DNA of 64,000 nucleotides from Rhizaria sp. SCN 62-66 (lineage: Eukaryota), in assembly GCA_001724265.1 (NCBI GenBank), contig MEDY01000004.1:62001-126000 (forward strand), read 5' to 3'. Below the pieces are notes generated by a model that was not told the origin of the DNA, searched no databases, and worked only from the letters and a program-made list of their open reading frames with translations. Positions 40,194 through 50,632 of this stretch are shown in pieces (within the stretch, counting starts at the first letter, position 1; each line of letters opens with the position of its first letter). The position numbers and the translations under genes are program-made.

Positions 40194-42188
40194 TTAACGG
40201 ATAAGAGTGAAGTGGTCGTGAACGCGGCGGGAGGCAGAGCCAATGAAAGAAAAGTCAAAGTGAGTACCGTTCGCGTGGATGTGGGTGTAGCCAATGCCCA
40301 TGGAGCGGAAAATCACCCAGTCAGGCTGTTGGTGAGTGTCGAGCTTCGTCGCAAGCGGCGACTTCGGGTAGAAGTTCGCCCAGTTGGAGTTGTGGGCGTT
40401 GCCAGCCATACCGACGACGACGTGGATGGGGCCCTTGCCAGCGGCGAACTCGGATCCCTCGCGAGCGACGCAATCAAAGTTGGCTCTCATCTGGCACGAG
40501 CGCTCGTAGTTGTGGAAGTGACCGTAGAGGCCGACATCAACGTTGAACTGCTTGTAGACGTTCTCGAACGTCTCGCGCAGCTTGTCGATGATGGTGCCCT
40601 TGAGGTTTTTGGACGACACGGAGCAGCCCTCGATGGAGCAGTACATCGGCCGGTGTGCGGCGACGACGACCCACGGCGTGCGGGTGCGGTCGACGGAGCC
40701 GAGGTCGCGGGAGATGAACTGGTACTGCTTGGAGCCCGGGAGGAAGTTGTGCTCCGAACTGAAGATGAGCACGTGCACAGGGCCAGTCTCGAACGAGTAA
40801 GCGACGTTGCGCATGTCGGTGTAGTCGTCCTCGCCCTCCTCGCGCATGGCCAGCTGCTCGGTATCGAAGCGCATCGGCGCCGCGTAAGGAAGCGGGGTGA
40901 AGTTCGGAGGCATGAAGAAGCGGCGGGCAGCAGGAACAGAGCACTCGCCGCCACTATCATTCTCATAATCAGCCCACTTAGGCATAAACGGCTGCCCAGT
41001 ATAAATAGATTCGTGATTGCCAAACGAAACCATCCAAGGAACCCTTGCGGCCACAGGCTCAATGTTCCGCATGAACAGATCCCAGATGCGGCCCTTGCCG
41101 TTGGCGTACGCGAGGTCGCCGACGTGAAGCACCGTCACGGGCCGGTCGCCCAGCGCGTCCACGGCCGCAGTCAGCGCGCGCACAGTGCCCGCGGCGTCGA
41201 TCTGCATCACGGACTCGGTGAACCACTCGACCGAGGTGCCCATGTCGCCGAACGCGATGATGTCGGCCTCGGAGTTGCGGCCCACGGGGCGCGGCGAGAC
41301 GAAGGACGACGTGGCCGAGATGACCTTGCCGGCCGAGTCAACGACGCGGTACCAGTAGCGCGTGGCGGGGGCCAGTTCCGTCAGCATCGCGAGGCGGAAG
41401 TTGCCGGGCGCGAGGAAGTTCTTCTTCTTGCTCGCCGGCTCGGCGCACATGTCGGTGATGGTGTAGGTCTTGTAGTGCTCGGCGGGGACGGTGCGCACGG
41501 CGAGCAGCTCGGCCGCCTCACTGGGCTCAACCTCGGCGCCGACCCACGTCGACAGCGCGGCGCGGGGCACGTACTTGCCCGCTCTCTGCCAGGCCGAGTG
41601 CCAGGCGCCGGCGCCGAGGACGAGGCCCGCGGAGGAGCGCGACGACGGAAACGGTGACGGGGAGAACTGGAGCGAGTGCTCGACAGACGCGGCCGCGCCC
41701 GTGGTGTACATGAGCGCCATGGTCGAGGTGTTGTGCGTGAGCGAGAGGTGGAGCTGCGACGCGAGCCCGGGCTCGGCGGCGGGCACGACCTCGGAGGTCG
41801 CGAGCGTCTGCAGGGACTTGTCGACGAGCTCGAAGTAGTAGCCGTGGTCGCGCGGGTGGAACACGGGCACGGTGATGAGGCCGGAACCGGTCTGCCAGCC
41901 CTCGGCCATGGACATCGGGTAGTAGCCGAGCGTGTGGTCCTTCTTGGTGTCGATGGCGGCGATGTAGATGATGATCGCGTCCGTCTCGGCGGGGTTCTTG
42001 ACGCCCGACCAGCGCACGGTCACCGAGGTCGTGTCGAGGCCGATCTTCTCGGGGAACACCGACAGCGATGCGCCGTTGGTCACCGTCGCCAGACGGTCGA
42101 ACACAGACGGACGGGCCTCGCCGAGGTGAGGGAGCGCGGCAAACGCAAGCAGGGCCGCAAGCAGCAGGACAAGCCGAGTCCACAGCAT
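40194..42188 (-). CDS. Secreted purple acid phosphatase (metallophosphoesterase, plant PAP/NPP-like with N-terminal Fn3-like domain)
   Basis: Signal peptide; all five metal-ligand blocks FGDMG, VGDLAYA, GNHE, AHRPMY, GHFHNYERS; DSGGECSVP; SSEHNFLPGSKQY. Stop TAA. Confidence 0.93.
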   Translation of the reverse strand: MLWTRLVLLLAALLAFAALPHLGEARPSVFDRLATVTNGASLSVFPEKIGLDTTSVTVRWSGVKNPAETDAIIIYIAAIDTKKDHTLGYYPMSMAEGWQTGSGLITVPVFHPRDHGYYFELVDKSLQTLATSEVVPAAEPGLASQLHLSLTHNTSTMALMYTTGAAASVEHSLQFSPSPFPSSRSSAGLVLGAGAWHSAWQRAGKYVPRAALSTWVGAEVEPSEAAELLAVRTVPAEHYKTYTITDMCAEPASKKKNFLAPGNFRLAMLTELAPATRYWYRVVDSAGKVISATSSFVSPRPVGRNSEADIIAFGDMGTSVEWFTESVMQIDAAGTVRALTAAVDALGDRPVTVLHVGDLAYANGKGRIWDLFMRNIEPVAARVPWMVSFGNHESIYTGQPFMPKWADYENDSGGECSVPAARRFFMPPNFTPLPYAAPMRFDTEQLAMREEGEDDYTDMRNVAYSFETGPVHVLIFSSEHNFLPGSKQYQFISRDLGSVDRTRTPWVVVAAHRPMYCSIEGCSVSSKNLKGTIIDKLRETFENVYKQFNVDVGLYGHFHNYERSCQMRANFDCVAREGSEFAAGKGPIHVVVGMAGNAHNSNWANFYPKSPLATKLDTHQQPDWVIFRSMGIGYTHIHANGTHFDFSFIGSASRRVHDHFTLIR

Positions 42189-42858
42189 GCTGGGGGTCTG
42201 TTTGTTCGTGTAGGGAAAAGTCGGGCGAAGAGGAGTGTCGTGAGGATAATGAGGAATAGGGAATTGATACGCAAGATATGTGGGAGACGTGGTCTAGCAT
42301 TATGATATAGAGATAGTATGCAGTTCGTGATGCATCTTTAAGAGCCGCAAGGCGTGGGAAAAGTGCTCGTCACCAGCATGTCGCGAAGCACGTTGTCTTG
42401 AATTGACAAGTCGCAACAGCAACGTAAAATGTGGGGCACAGCGAGGTCAAACGCGGGCAATAGATACACCTAATAAGGAACTTTGCATTGATATCAGTTA
42501 CAACGCATGAATGAAGTAGCTATACCGCAATAATCGAGTCACCGCAAAAAAGGAAGAGCGACTGAGCGACGTCGTCCGAAATTTTACTTTCATCACTCGC
42601 GACACTTCGAAAGTGCAGCCAGTCGGCATATTAAGAAATGAGCAAAATAAAACTCGTATACACGTTAAAACTCGAAGCAGTACGCCCGGGAAAATGCAAT
42701 TGGGATGTTTTATTAAAGAAAAGAGAATCTGGCTCGGGTAAGCCTTCCTGGCCCTCCCCACAGTCGTTGGAGTGTGACGCAAATAGCATCAATTGAAAAA
42801 AAGTGCGCGACAGCAAGCTATTATCGCGTGCCGCGCAGTCTCATTAAGAGCTACGTGT

Positions 42859-44169
42859 TCACAGACGCGCCTTGGCGTGGATCTTCTTGTCGATGACGTC
42901 GGGCACAAGCGGGCGCAGATAACTATGCGAAAATGTGGATATATCAAGTGCAAAGTAAATGTGAGCAAGAAAGTAACGGATTCGGATAGGACGAGCGTGT
43001 TTACAGAAATAACGGAGGTGTTGTCGGGTATGTACGTACCTAGCAACGGTGGAGGTCCAGGGGAAAAAGGCCTTGCGGAGCCGGCGGTCCGTGGCGTCGA
43101 CGACGCAGGACGCGCAGTCCTCCACGGTCATGGCCTTGTCGTCGGCGGGGGTCTCTGTGAGGCGCGGGAACAAATGAAGCAAGAGGGTACACAGGGCACA
43201 TAAGCGAAATAGACTCGAAAACAATTAAAAACAATGAAATAAAAGGCAATAATAACGATTCATAAGCTAATAAAACATCAAAATTGGAAAACAACTCTCA
43301 AGACAATGCAATAAAGGGGTGACATCATCGTAGTAGATGTGACTGTACGTACCGGTCTTGAGCTTCGCGTCGGTGGTGAGCGAGTTGGTCCGCAGCGCCG
43401 TGTTGGTGGTGGGCGGGCACACAAGTACGATGTCGAAGGCGGGCGCGCCGCCCAGCTCGAGCATCTCGGCCCGCAGCGCCTCGAGGAAGCCCGTGACGGC
43501 GAACTTGCTCGCACAGTAGGCCGAGCGGTACGGCAGCCCCACCTCGCCACTGAAGGACGTGATCGCCGTCAGCACGCCGCGCGACTTAACCAAGTGCGCA
43601 AAGGCGGCGTGCGTGCAGTAGAGGTACCCGTAGAAGTTGACGTCCATGCACTTGCGGAAGATGGCCAAGTCCTCTGTGCGCGCGAAGACGTTGTGGGCGC
43701 CGATGCCCGCACACAGCAGTAGCACGTCGATGCGGCCGAAGCGCGTCACGCCCAGGTCTACAAAGCGCTGGCAGTCGGCCTGCTTGGTGACGTCGGTGAC
43801 AACGCCGAGCACGTCCTCATCCGCGGCGTGCAGGAACGCGTCGCGCGCCTCAGCCGAGAGAGCCGCGCCGGAGCGCAGCGACGACAGCGCCGACGGGTCC
43901 GGCTGGGGCTTGCGCGCCTCGGCGAGGATCTTGCGGCACTCGTCGACGGCCTCGACAAGCCCGGCGGCGTTGAAGTCACAGAGCACGAGCTTGGCGCCGC
44001 GCGCAGCGTAGGTGCGCGCGACCTGGCGGGCAATGCCCGAGGCCCCGCCCGTGATAAGCACCACGGTGCCAGGCACGAAGTCGGCCGTGCGCTCCCAGAA
44101 AAACAGGTTGCGCACGTGCGCGCTCTTCTTCGTGCTCAGCGGGAACAGCGAGGCAGGAGGGGTCGACAT
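42859..44169 (-). CDS. Short-chain dehydrogenase/reductase (DHRS7B-like) with C-terminal PTS1 (-ARL), 3 exons
   Basis: Exons 44169-43353, 43154-43040, 42922-42859 join in frame (GTACGT donors). TGGASGIA, GRIDVLLLCAG, MDVNFYG, catalytic YCASK. Ends ...KKIHAKARL, stop TGA. Confidence 0.9.
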
Positions 44170-44660
44170 ACAGGAGGTGTCTGGAGACGTGCGCGGTCGC
44201 GAAGAATGAAGCAAGAAAATATCGGGGTTGAGATTCGGTGACGAGAAGAAGCAAAGGAAGCATTCAGCGATCAGCAAGAAGACCCTCTTGGAATAATAAA
44301 GAGAAAGTACAATTGGCATCTATTCGTATCAGTATCTGCTGAACAAAACTCTATAGACGGTGGCTGGCCAAAGTTATGTTCCGTTAAAGTTGCCTCCTCG
44401 TGCCGCTTCTTGGCTTTGTTGTCCACGATCATGGAGCAAGTTTCGATTGCATTCTCTTTAAAACAATGTCTGTATCGGCGAGATTACGCACTGCATCACT
44501 AATTTTGCTATGTATCCAAAATTTACTTTGTTATCTATCGCATATAAACTTGAAGATCACGACCTGGGTCAAGTATGTCGCGGTATACTTCTTCGTCACA
44601 CATCTCTCAGCATCACCAATGAGCCCTACAAGACCTTAATAGTCTAGCACTGACACAAGC

Positions 44661-46752
44661 TCACATACCAAGCGACGCGCGCATGTTTTGCAGCGCCTCC
44701 AGCGCCTCTGTGTCGCCCGCGGTGCGTTCCATCTCCTCCACTGCAGTCAGCCGCGCCAGGCCCAGCTCTGTATGTGGTGGTTAAAGCAGGAATACCAAAG
44801 TGTAAAATGCAGCCAAAAATGAGTGATGTGAGAAATATATCTATAGTGCGATTCGTTTCATAACTAAAAAAAATAGGCTTTCAAGATTGATTATTCTTTT
44901 ACGTACCGCGCCAGTCCTTATGCGAGTTGGCGACGCTGAAAGCCTTGACCCAGCCCGCGACGACTGCGCGCGAAGCGTCGTTCAGTGCAGCGCCAGCCGC
45001 ATTATCTGCCGCAGCAGCCTCAGAGGCGGCATCAGCCTCCGCAGCGTTGGCCTCGAAGACGCGCGCCAGCGAGAGCAGGTACGCCGACAGCGGGATCAGC
45101 TCACGGTCCTACGAACGTTAGTTGAAAAAAGTACATAAAAGCCGTATATGTTAGTGAAATCAGGATAAATTTGAAAAACCAAAATAAAACGTAATGAATC
45201 ATAATATATTGTAGATTCAAAACGCGACTCAATCATTTTAATGAATTTCTTGTCTTGTTGAGCATCCTATCGCACACATACACTCCTGCCGCGCGAAGAC
45301 AGCGCGCGCTTGAAGGGCTCAATCTGCAGCCCTGCGGCCGGGTTCATCGCGAAGTTGCGCGCCAGGTCATCGACGTGCACGGTGTTGTGCGGGCCCCAGC
45401 GCGCCTGCGGCAGCGCGCGCCACAGCAGCTCGAGCGCCTTGACCTGGTGCCGGCGGGTGCGGCCCGCGACGGAGCCCTGGACGGAGAACATCGTGGAGCG
45501 GTCCATAACAACCGTGAGCGCAAAGCGCGGGTGCGACAGCAGCCCCAGCGCGCCCAGCTTGAGCTCCAGAGAGCGCGCGGAGGACTGTGACCAGATGCAC
45601 AGGTCGTAGCGGCGGTACGCGAGCGCCAAGAACTCGAGAGTCAGCGGACGACGCAGAGACGGCATGTCGGCGCGCTCTGTGAGGCAAGCAAGAAAGCAAA
45701 TATGACAGCGAAGTGATGTGTGAGAAAACCAATGATGAATATATCCCTGCTCCCGGTAACTCAACTTCATAAACAACGCAGCTGTCTTCGAGCTGTCACG
45801 TACCGGTTTTCATGTCGAAGAGCGTGTAGTCGAGGTCGAGCACAAGCAGCGGGAACCCGCGGCGCGGCGCGCGCAGCAGCGTCACGCCGCTGTCCGCGTG
45901 CAACCCCTGCGCAAAGCGGTCCGCGTGCAGCGCGGGCGCCGCCTGCGTCGGCTCCTACAGCGCGGTGGCGTGCGGCGAGTCGAGCAGCCCGGTCTGCAGA
46001 CGGGTCAGAGTGGCCTCGAGCGCGGCGCGCGTGTGCAGGCACGTCTGGAGCCGCAGCAGATCCTCGTCGGCAAAGCTAGGGTAGACGTAGTCGGGCGCGT
46101 TCTCGTCCAGGTCGTTGACGACGCTGGCGCTAACCTCGCCGACCACGCGCTCCGCCGCGGGGGTCCCGATCAGCAGCGCGCGCACCGGTGCGGAAGACCG
46201 GGCCGCGTCCACCACCGGCGCCGCGGGCCGCGGGGCGGCGGGCGACGTGGGCGTCGCGCCCTCGGCCTCGTCCGCGTCGGTGGCTGCGACAGCGACTTTC
46301 GTCGCGGTCTCGAGCTCAGCCTCTGATGCAGCGGCCGTGGCGGCTGCGGCGGCCTCAGCGTCTGCGGCTGCAAGCGTCTCGGCGGAGCACTGCGCGGCTG
46401 CGGTGCCAACAACCTGGCCGACGAGTGTGGCGTCGGTGGCGGGCTTGCCGCCGATCTGCTTGATGTTGAGCAGCTTCTGCGCCGCGACGTCCACGCCCGT
46501 GCGATCCTCCAGACTGAGCTTGACGGACTCGAGCGTCGCCGAGGCAGGCACGTGCACCATAAACGTGTTCGAGCGCCACTTAACCGCAAACTGAAGTGAC
46601 ACATGGGCAAGAGGACGAAGGAAAGAGTGAGAATTGAACGAGCAGGAGAAACGGAGGACATGGAAGTTGGGAGCGGGAACAAGCGTACGTACCTCGATGA
46701 AGACCTCGGACGCGTTGGACGCGTTCGCGAGGGGAACAGACTCGGTAGACAT
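44661..46752 (-). CDS. UBLCP1: Ubiquitin-like domain-containing CTD phosphatase 1, 5 exons, with an in-frame TAG at 45955-45957
   Basis: Exons 46752-46693, 46590-45804, 45676-45282, 45108-44907, 44767-44661. UBL domain FAVKWRSNTF...TGVDVAAQKLLNIK; LLIGTP; VVNDLD; HAD motif LLVLDLDYTLFD; RPLTLEFLALAYRRYDLCIWS; VKALELLW; NTVHVDDLARNFAMNPAAGLQIEPFK; DRELIPLSAYL. Final stop TGA. Confidence 0.9.
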
Positions 46753-47239
46753 TGGTTTTAAGAGAACGATTCCCAGATAGCGAAGTGAAAACTGGTCACA
46801 AAGCTGTTATCACGTAGTCTGAGGTGATTTTCTGAGAAAGGTAAAGGTCAAGTCGCAGATTCAAAAGAGTTGATCAGAAAATACAGAATTTACAATGAAT
46901 ATCGAGTTAAAACTAGTATAATTTTCGGAGAATTTAAAATGGCGTTTTTAGTATATATATTCTCGCGAGAATCTCGTAATGGCGATCATTTGAGCGATAT
47001 CAATGTCATTTCATGGAAGCAGAAGAGCAGAAAAATGGCTCGTGGTGAAATGAGTTTGGACTTGAAATATTTTGATCGCCTAAAAGTATTTTTGAAAATA
47101 CGACAAATACTAGGAAAAAAAGGCTATGTATTGAGATTAAGGCAAAATTAGATATTAAAAGCTAAGTAACAAAACTGGAAAAAGGATCCCTTAAACACAA
47201 AAGCATCAGTAATAACATGCGTCTCGCACACTGTTGCGC

Positions 47240-50200
47240 TCAAAGGAGCATGGTACGGAGGAGCGCGCCGCCGATGCTGACGGCGAGCAGTGCGGTAGCA
47301 ACGACAATAAGTCCGCGGGCCATAGCAGGCGCACGCGTGGCACCGAGTCCCGCAGCGGGCAGTCCCAGCCGCGGCAGCCAGTGCGGCGCAACGTGCTCCC
47401 ACGGATCACTTCCGCCGGAAGATGCAGCCGACACAGGCGTGCCGGAGCTCACGGCCACATGCGCAGTCGTCTGAGAGAGCGGCGCAGACGCAGGGGCAGA
47501 AGACGAGAGGAGAGAGATCCCCTCAGCCGCGGTGGCGGCCTCCGAGGCGTCCTCTGCATCGGCGGCGTGCGCCTCAGCAGCCGCATTATTGCCTGCGCGC
47601 GGCGTCAGTTCAGCCTTCGCCGTAACCGTGATTGCCGCACTGCGCGCAGCCTCGGCGTCCGCGTCCGCGTCAGCGTACGCCGCGTCTGTCGCGTCTTCAC
47701 CGGCCACGAGCACCACGAGCGCGCGCGCCACGGCGCCCCACGGCACCGCGGCCTCCGCTGCGGACTGCTCACGGTCACTGCCACGGTCGCTGCCGTGGCT
47801 GCCGCTGAGACCGCGGCGGTCAGAGTCCTTGCGCGGGGCGCGCACGGCGAGCGCGGCCGCGGCGACGGCGGCGGCCACGGCGCCGTCCGCCATAAGCACG
47901 GGCGCGGCGTTGAGCACGGCGAGCGAGGCCGACACGGCGGCCGTCGCGGCCAGCCAGGACAGCACCACGGCAGGTGCGTCGAGACACAGCAGCCGCCACG
48001 CCGCGGCCGCGCTGTCGGCCAGCAGGTCAGCAAGAGTGTCCGCCACGGCGGCGTGCGCGGCGGCCGGCAGCGCGCCCGCGGCGGCGAGGAGCGCGAGCGG
48101 TAGCGCGATGACCGCGGCGAGCAGAGCGGCCGCAGCGCTGAGCAGCAGCGACAGCAGAACCTGCAGCAGGAGCAGCGGACCGGGCGGCGGCGGCGCCAGC
48201 GCGATGCCCCGCGCGAGCGCAACCGCGGCCTCAGGCACCAGCAGCGCGCGCGCGCCGTCGCGCAGCCGCGTCGCGCCGGGCGGGTCCCCGGGCTGCGCAG
48301 GCGCCGCGGCGGCCTCGGCAGCGGTCGCCGCGAGCCCGCTGCCACCGTGGAGCCCGCTGCGCAGCGCGGCCGAGGCGGGCGCGGGCAGCAGCAGGCCGCG
48401 GAGGCGCGCCGGGAGCGTGTGGTGCGGCAGCAGCGCGGCGACGAGCGAGATGGGCCGCTCGCGCGAGCCAGCGCCAGTGACGCGCACCACAGAGCCAGCG
48501 CCGGCGTCAGCGTCGGTGTCGTCGGGCTCGGTGTGGGACGCGAGAGTGTGCGGCCACAGCAACGCGTGCGCGCAGCGCGTGCCGGGCGGGCAGTCGGCGG
48601 CGCCGGCGCAGCCAGCGGCCAGGGAAGCGACGCCAGCGCCCGCGCCAGCGGCGGAGGCCGCCGCGGCGAGAGCGTGCGCGCGCAGCGAGAGCGTGGACTC
48701 GGCCAGCGCCACGCGCGGCGCCGCCACGCACGCCAGCGCCGCAGCCGCACCCGTGCCAGCGCCCGCACCCGCGCCGGCGCGCGCGGTGGCGCTCTGGCTC
48801 GGGCAGTTGGCGGGCACGGGCGTCCAATGCCGCGGCAGGTACGGGTGTGGGGCGCGCGCGCAGGTGGGCGGCGTCCAGACGCACAGGGGCCGGCCGCCGA
48901 GGGGCTCGGTGTCGCTGTTATCGCCGTCCGTCACAGCAGCGCTCGTGGACTTGCTGTCACCGACGAAAGAGGTCGCCAGGTGCGCGGGCGCGCGACCGCG
49001 GCAGCACGCGGGCGCTGTCACACTTGACCAAGTCTTGCTGTTGCTCACGCTGTTGTTGTCAGTCTCAGTGGAGGAAAGGGTGGAGGAAAGCGCGACTGCT
49101 TGAAGCAACGTATTCTCGGGCAGACAACGTCCCCATGCAGGCAGCGGCACGACACTCCCACTTGCACTCGCACGCGCGCTCGCACTGGAGCTTGAGCTTG
49201 AGCTTGCTACACCGCTAGAGCTGGCCGCAAGTGCCTTGCGCGCGTCAGCGTCCGCGTCGTCTGCGAGTGCGAGCAGGTCCGCCCACTGCGCGGGGCTCTC
49301 CAGCGGGGCTCCGTCCAGCGCGAGCACGGCGGCACCCGCGGGCAGCGCCTGCTGCAGCGCGGGCAGCGCGGCGCCGTGGCCGGGCCAGACCGCGGCGACA
49401 GTTGGCGCGAGCGGCCACGAGGGCGCCCAGCCCGCCGCCACCGCCGCCGCCGCGCCTGCTAGACCGGCGCCGGGCGCAGCACGCAGTAGGGCCGTCAGAG
49501 GCGCGTCGCCGGGCGCGACGGCGAGTCCCCAGACGGCGGCGGCGGGCGCGGCGGCGGCCAGCGGGGTGGCGCTCGGGGTAAGCAACCACGCCAGCGCCGC
49601 GGCCGCGAGCGCGAGCAGCACGTTGTGCCAGACACCCGCGGCAATAACCGTCAGCTTGGCGCGCGGCGAGGGCCGCAGCAGCGCAGCGTCGGGCAGCTGG
49701 ACGTACGCGCCGGGGAAGAGCAGCGCCCAAAAGGCGCCGACGCGGCCGACGGGCACGCCGTGTGCGGCGGCGGCGAGCGCATGGCCCAGCTCGTGCACCG
49801 ACACGGCCGCCAGCACGGCGCACGCAAACAGCGGCAGCGCCGACAGCGGCAGCGTCACGCCGGGCAGCGCCAGCGCGAGGGCAGGCACCGCGGGGGCGGC
49901 AGCAGACGCTGTGGCAGTCGCAGTAGTGACTGTGGCGAGTGCAGGAGCTGCTTCCGGAAGGGCGGCGTTAGCGGCAGTGATCGTCGGGGCAGCGCTAAGT
50001 GTGGTAACAAGCGCCGAAAAAAGCGTAGCAACCTCGCGACACGCAGTGAAGGCAAGATAAAGCAGGGCGAGCGCGCCGCAGAGCACGAAGCAGAGGCGTG
50101 CGTAGTGGAACCATGTCAGCAGCGCGCGCCTGCGCTGACAACCCCACGCGTAGATGCGCTCGCCCAGCGCCACGGAAGACCACTGCACCGTGCAGAACTC

Positions 50201-50329
50201 AAAGCTAAGGCCCATACGGGCAAAAAAGTTGCGTACTGGAGGGATGCGGGCGATGGCCATGGTGAGCACGGCCCAGGCGGCGAGCCACACGGCGAAGTAG
50301 ACCACCACCGGGCTCGCTAAAAGCGACAT
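47240..50329 (-). CDS. MBTPS2: Site-2 protease (M50 intramembrane metalloprotease), expanded
   Basis: LPGVTLPLS, zinc motif VHELGHALAA, LLFPGAYV, VIAAGVWHNVLL, Cys-rich lumenal region, LAVLNAAPVLMADG (NxxPxxxxDG); multiple hydrophobic helices. Stop TGA. Confidence 0.92.
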   Translation of the reverse strand: MSLLASPVVVYFAVWLAAWAVLTMAIARIPPVRNFFARMGLSFEFCTVQWSSVALGERIYAWGCQRRRALLTWFHYARLCFVLCGALALLYLAFTACREVATLFSALVTTLSAAPTITAANAALPEAAPALATVTTATATASAAAPAVPALALALPGVTLPLSALPLFACAVLAAVSVHELGHALAAAAHGVPVGRVGAFWALLFPGAYVQLPDAALLRPSPRAKLTVIAAGVWHNVLLALAAAALAWLLTPSATPLAAAAPAAAVWGLAVAPGDAPLTALLRAAPGAGLAGAAAAVAAGWAPSWPLAPTVAAVWPGHGAALPALQQALPAGAAVLALDGAPLESPAQWADLLALADDADADARKALAASSSGVASSSSSSSASARASASGSVVPLPAWGRCLPENTLLQAVALSSTLSSTETDNNSVSNSKTWSSVTAPACCRGRAPAHLATSFVGDSKSTSAAVTDGDNSDTEPLGGRPLCVWTPPTCARAPHPYLPRHWTPVPANCPSQSATARAGAGAGAGTGAAAALACVAAPRVALAESTLSLRAHALAAAASAAGAGAGVASLAAGCAGAADCPPGTRCAHALLWPHTLASHTEPDDTDADAGAGSVVRVTGAGSRERPISLVAALLPHHTLPARLRGLLLPAPASAALRSGLHGGSGLAATAAEAAAAPAQPGDPPGATRLRDGARALLVPEAAVALARGIALAPPPPGPLLLLQVLLSLLLSAAAALLAAVIALPLALLAAAGALPAAAHAAVADTLADLLADSAAAAWRLLCLDAPAVVLSWLAATAAVSASLAVLNAAPVLMADGAVAAAVAAAALAVRAPRKDSDRRGLSGSHGSDRGSDREQSAAEAAVPWGAVARALVVLVAGEDATDAAYADADADAEAARSAAITVTAKAELTPRAGNNAAAEAHAADAEDASEAATAAEGISLLSSSAPASAPLSQTTAHVAVSSGTPVSAASSGGSDPWEHVAPHWLPRLGLPAAGLGATRAPAMARGLIVVATALLAVSIGGALLRTMLL

Positions 50330-50632
50330 TTTCAGCGTGGTCTCTTCTTCCTACAGAGTTTAATATTAATGGTAGAAAGAAATCGTAGAATTATTATAGA
50401 TACAGGTAACATGGCTTCAACGACAAAGTTAACTGCTCGCGCGGCTAATTTTTGAGAGCCGCCATGACGCACTCTACCAACTCAGCACAGGCTTCGCGCC
50501 CTTTCACAACCTATGAAATGATGATAGTATGGCATAATTTCATCGTCACCAGACTTATTATTGCTATCTCCGCAAACTCTCACGACTTTTCTTCATTAAT
50601 TTCTTTTTGTACACTCCAGCTCTTCGTCTATC

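Noticed and set aside
45955-45957. Selenocysteine or pyrrolysine recoding
   Set aside because: Sec uses TGA, not TAG. Pyl is not known in eukaryotes, and the site is a non-catalytic linker.
44661-46752. Treating UBLCP1 as two genes or as a decayed pseudogene
   Set aside because: The frame is preserved across the TAG, all motifs and four introns are intact, and there is no second lesion. It is kept as a CDS with an unresolved codon.
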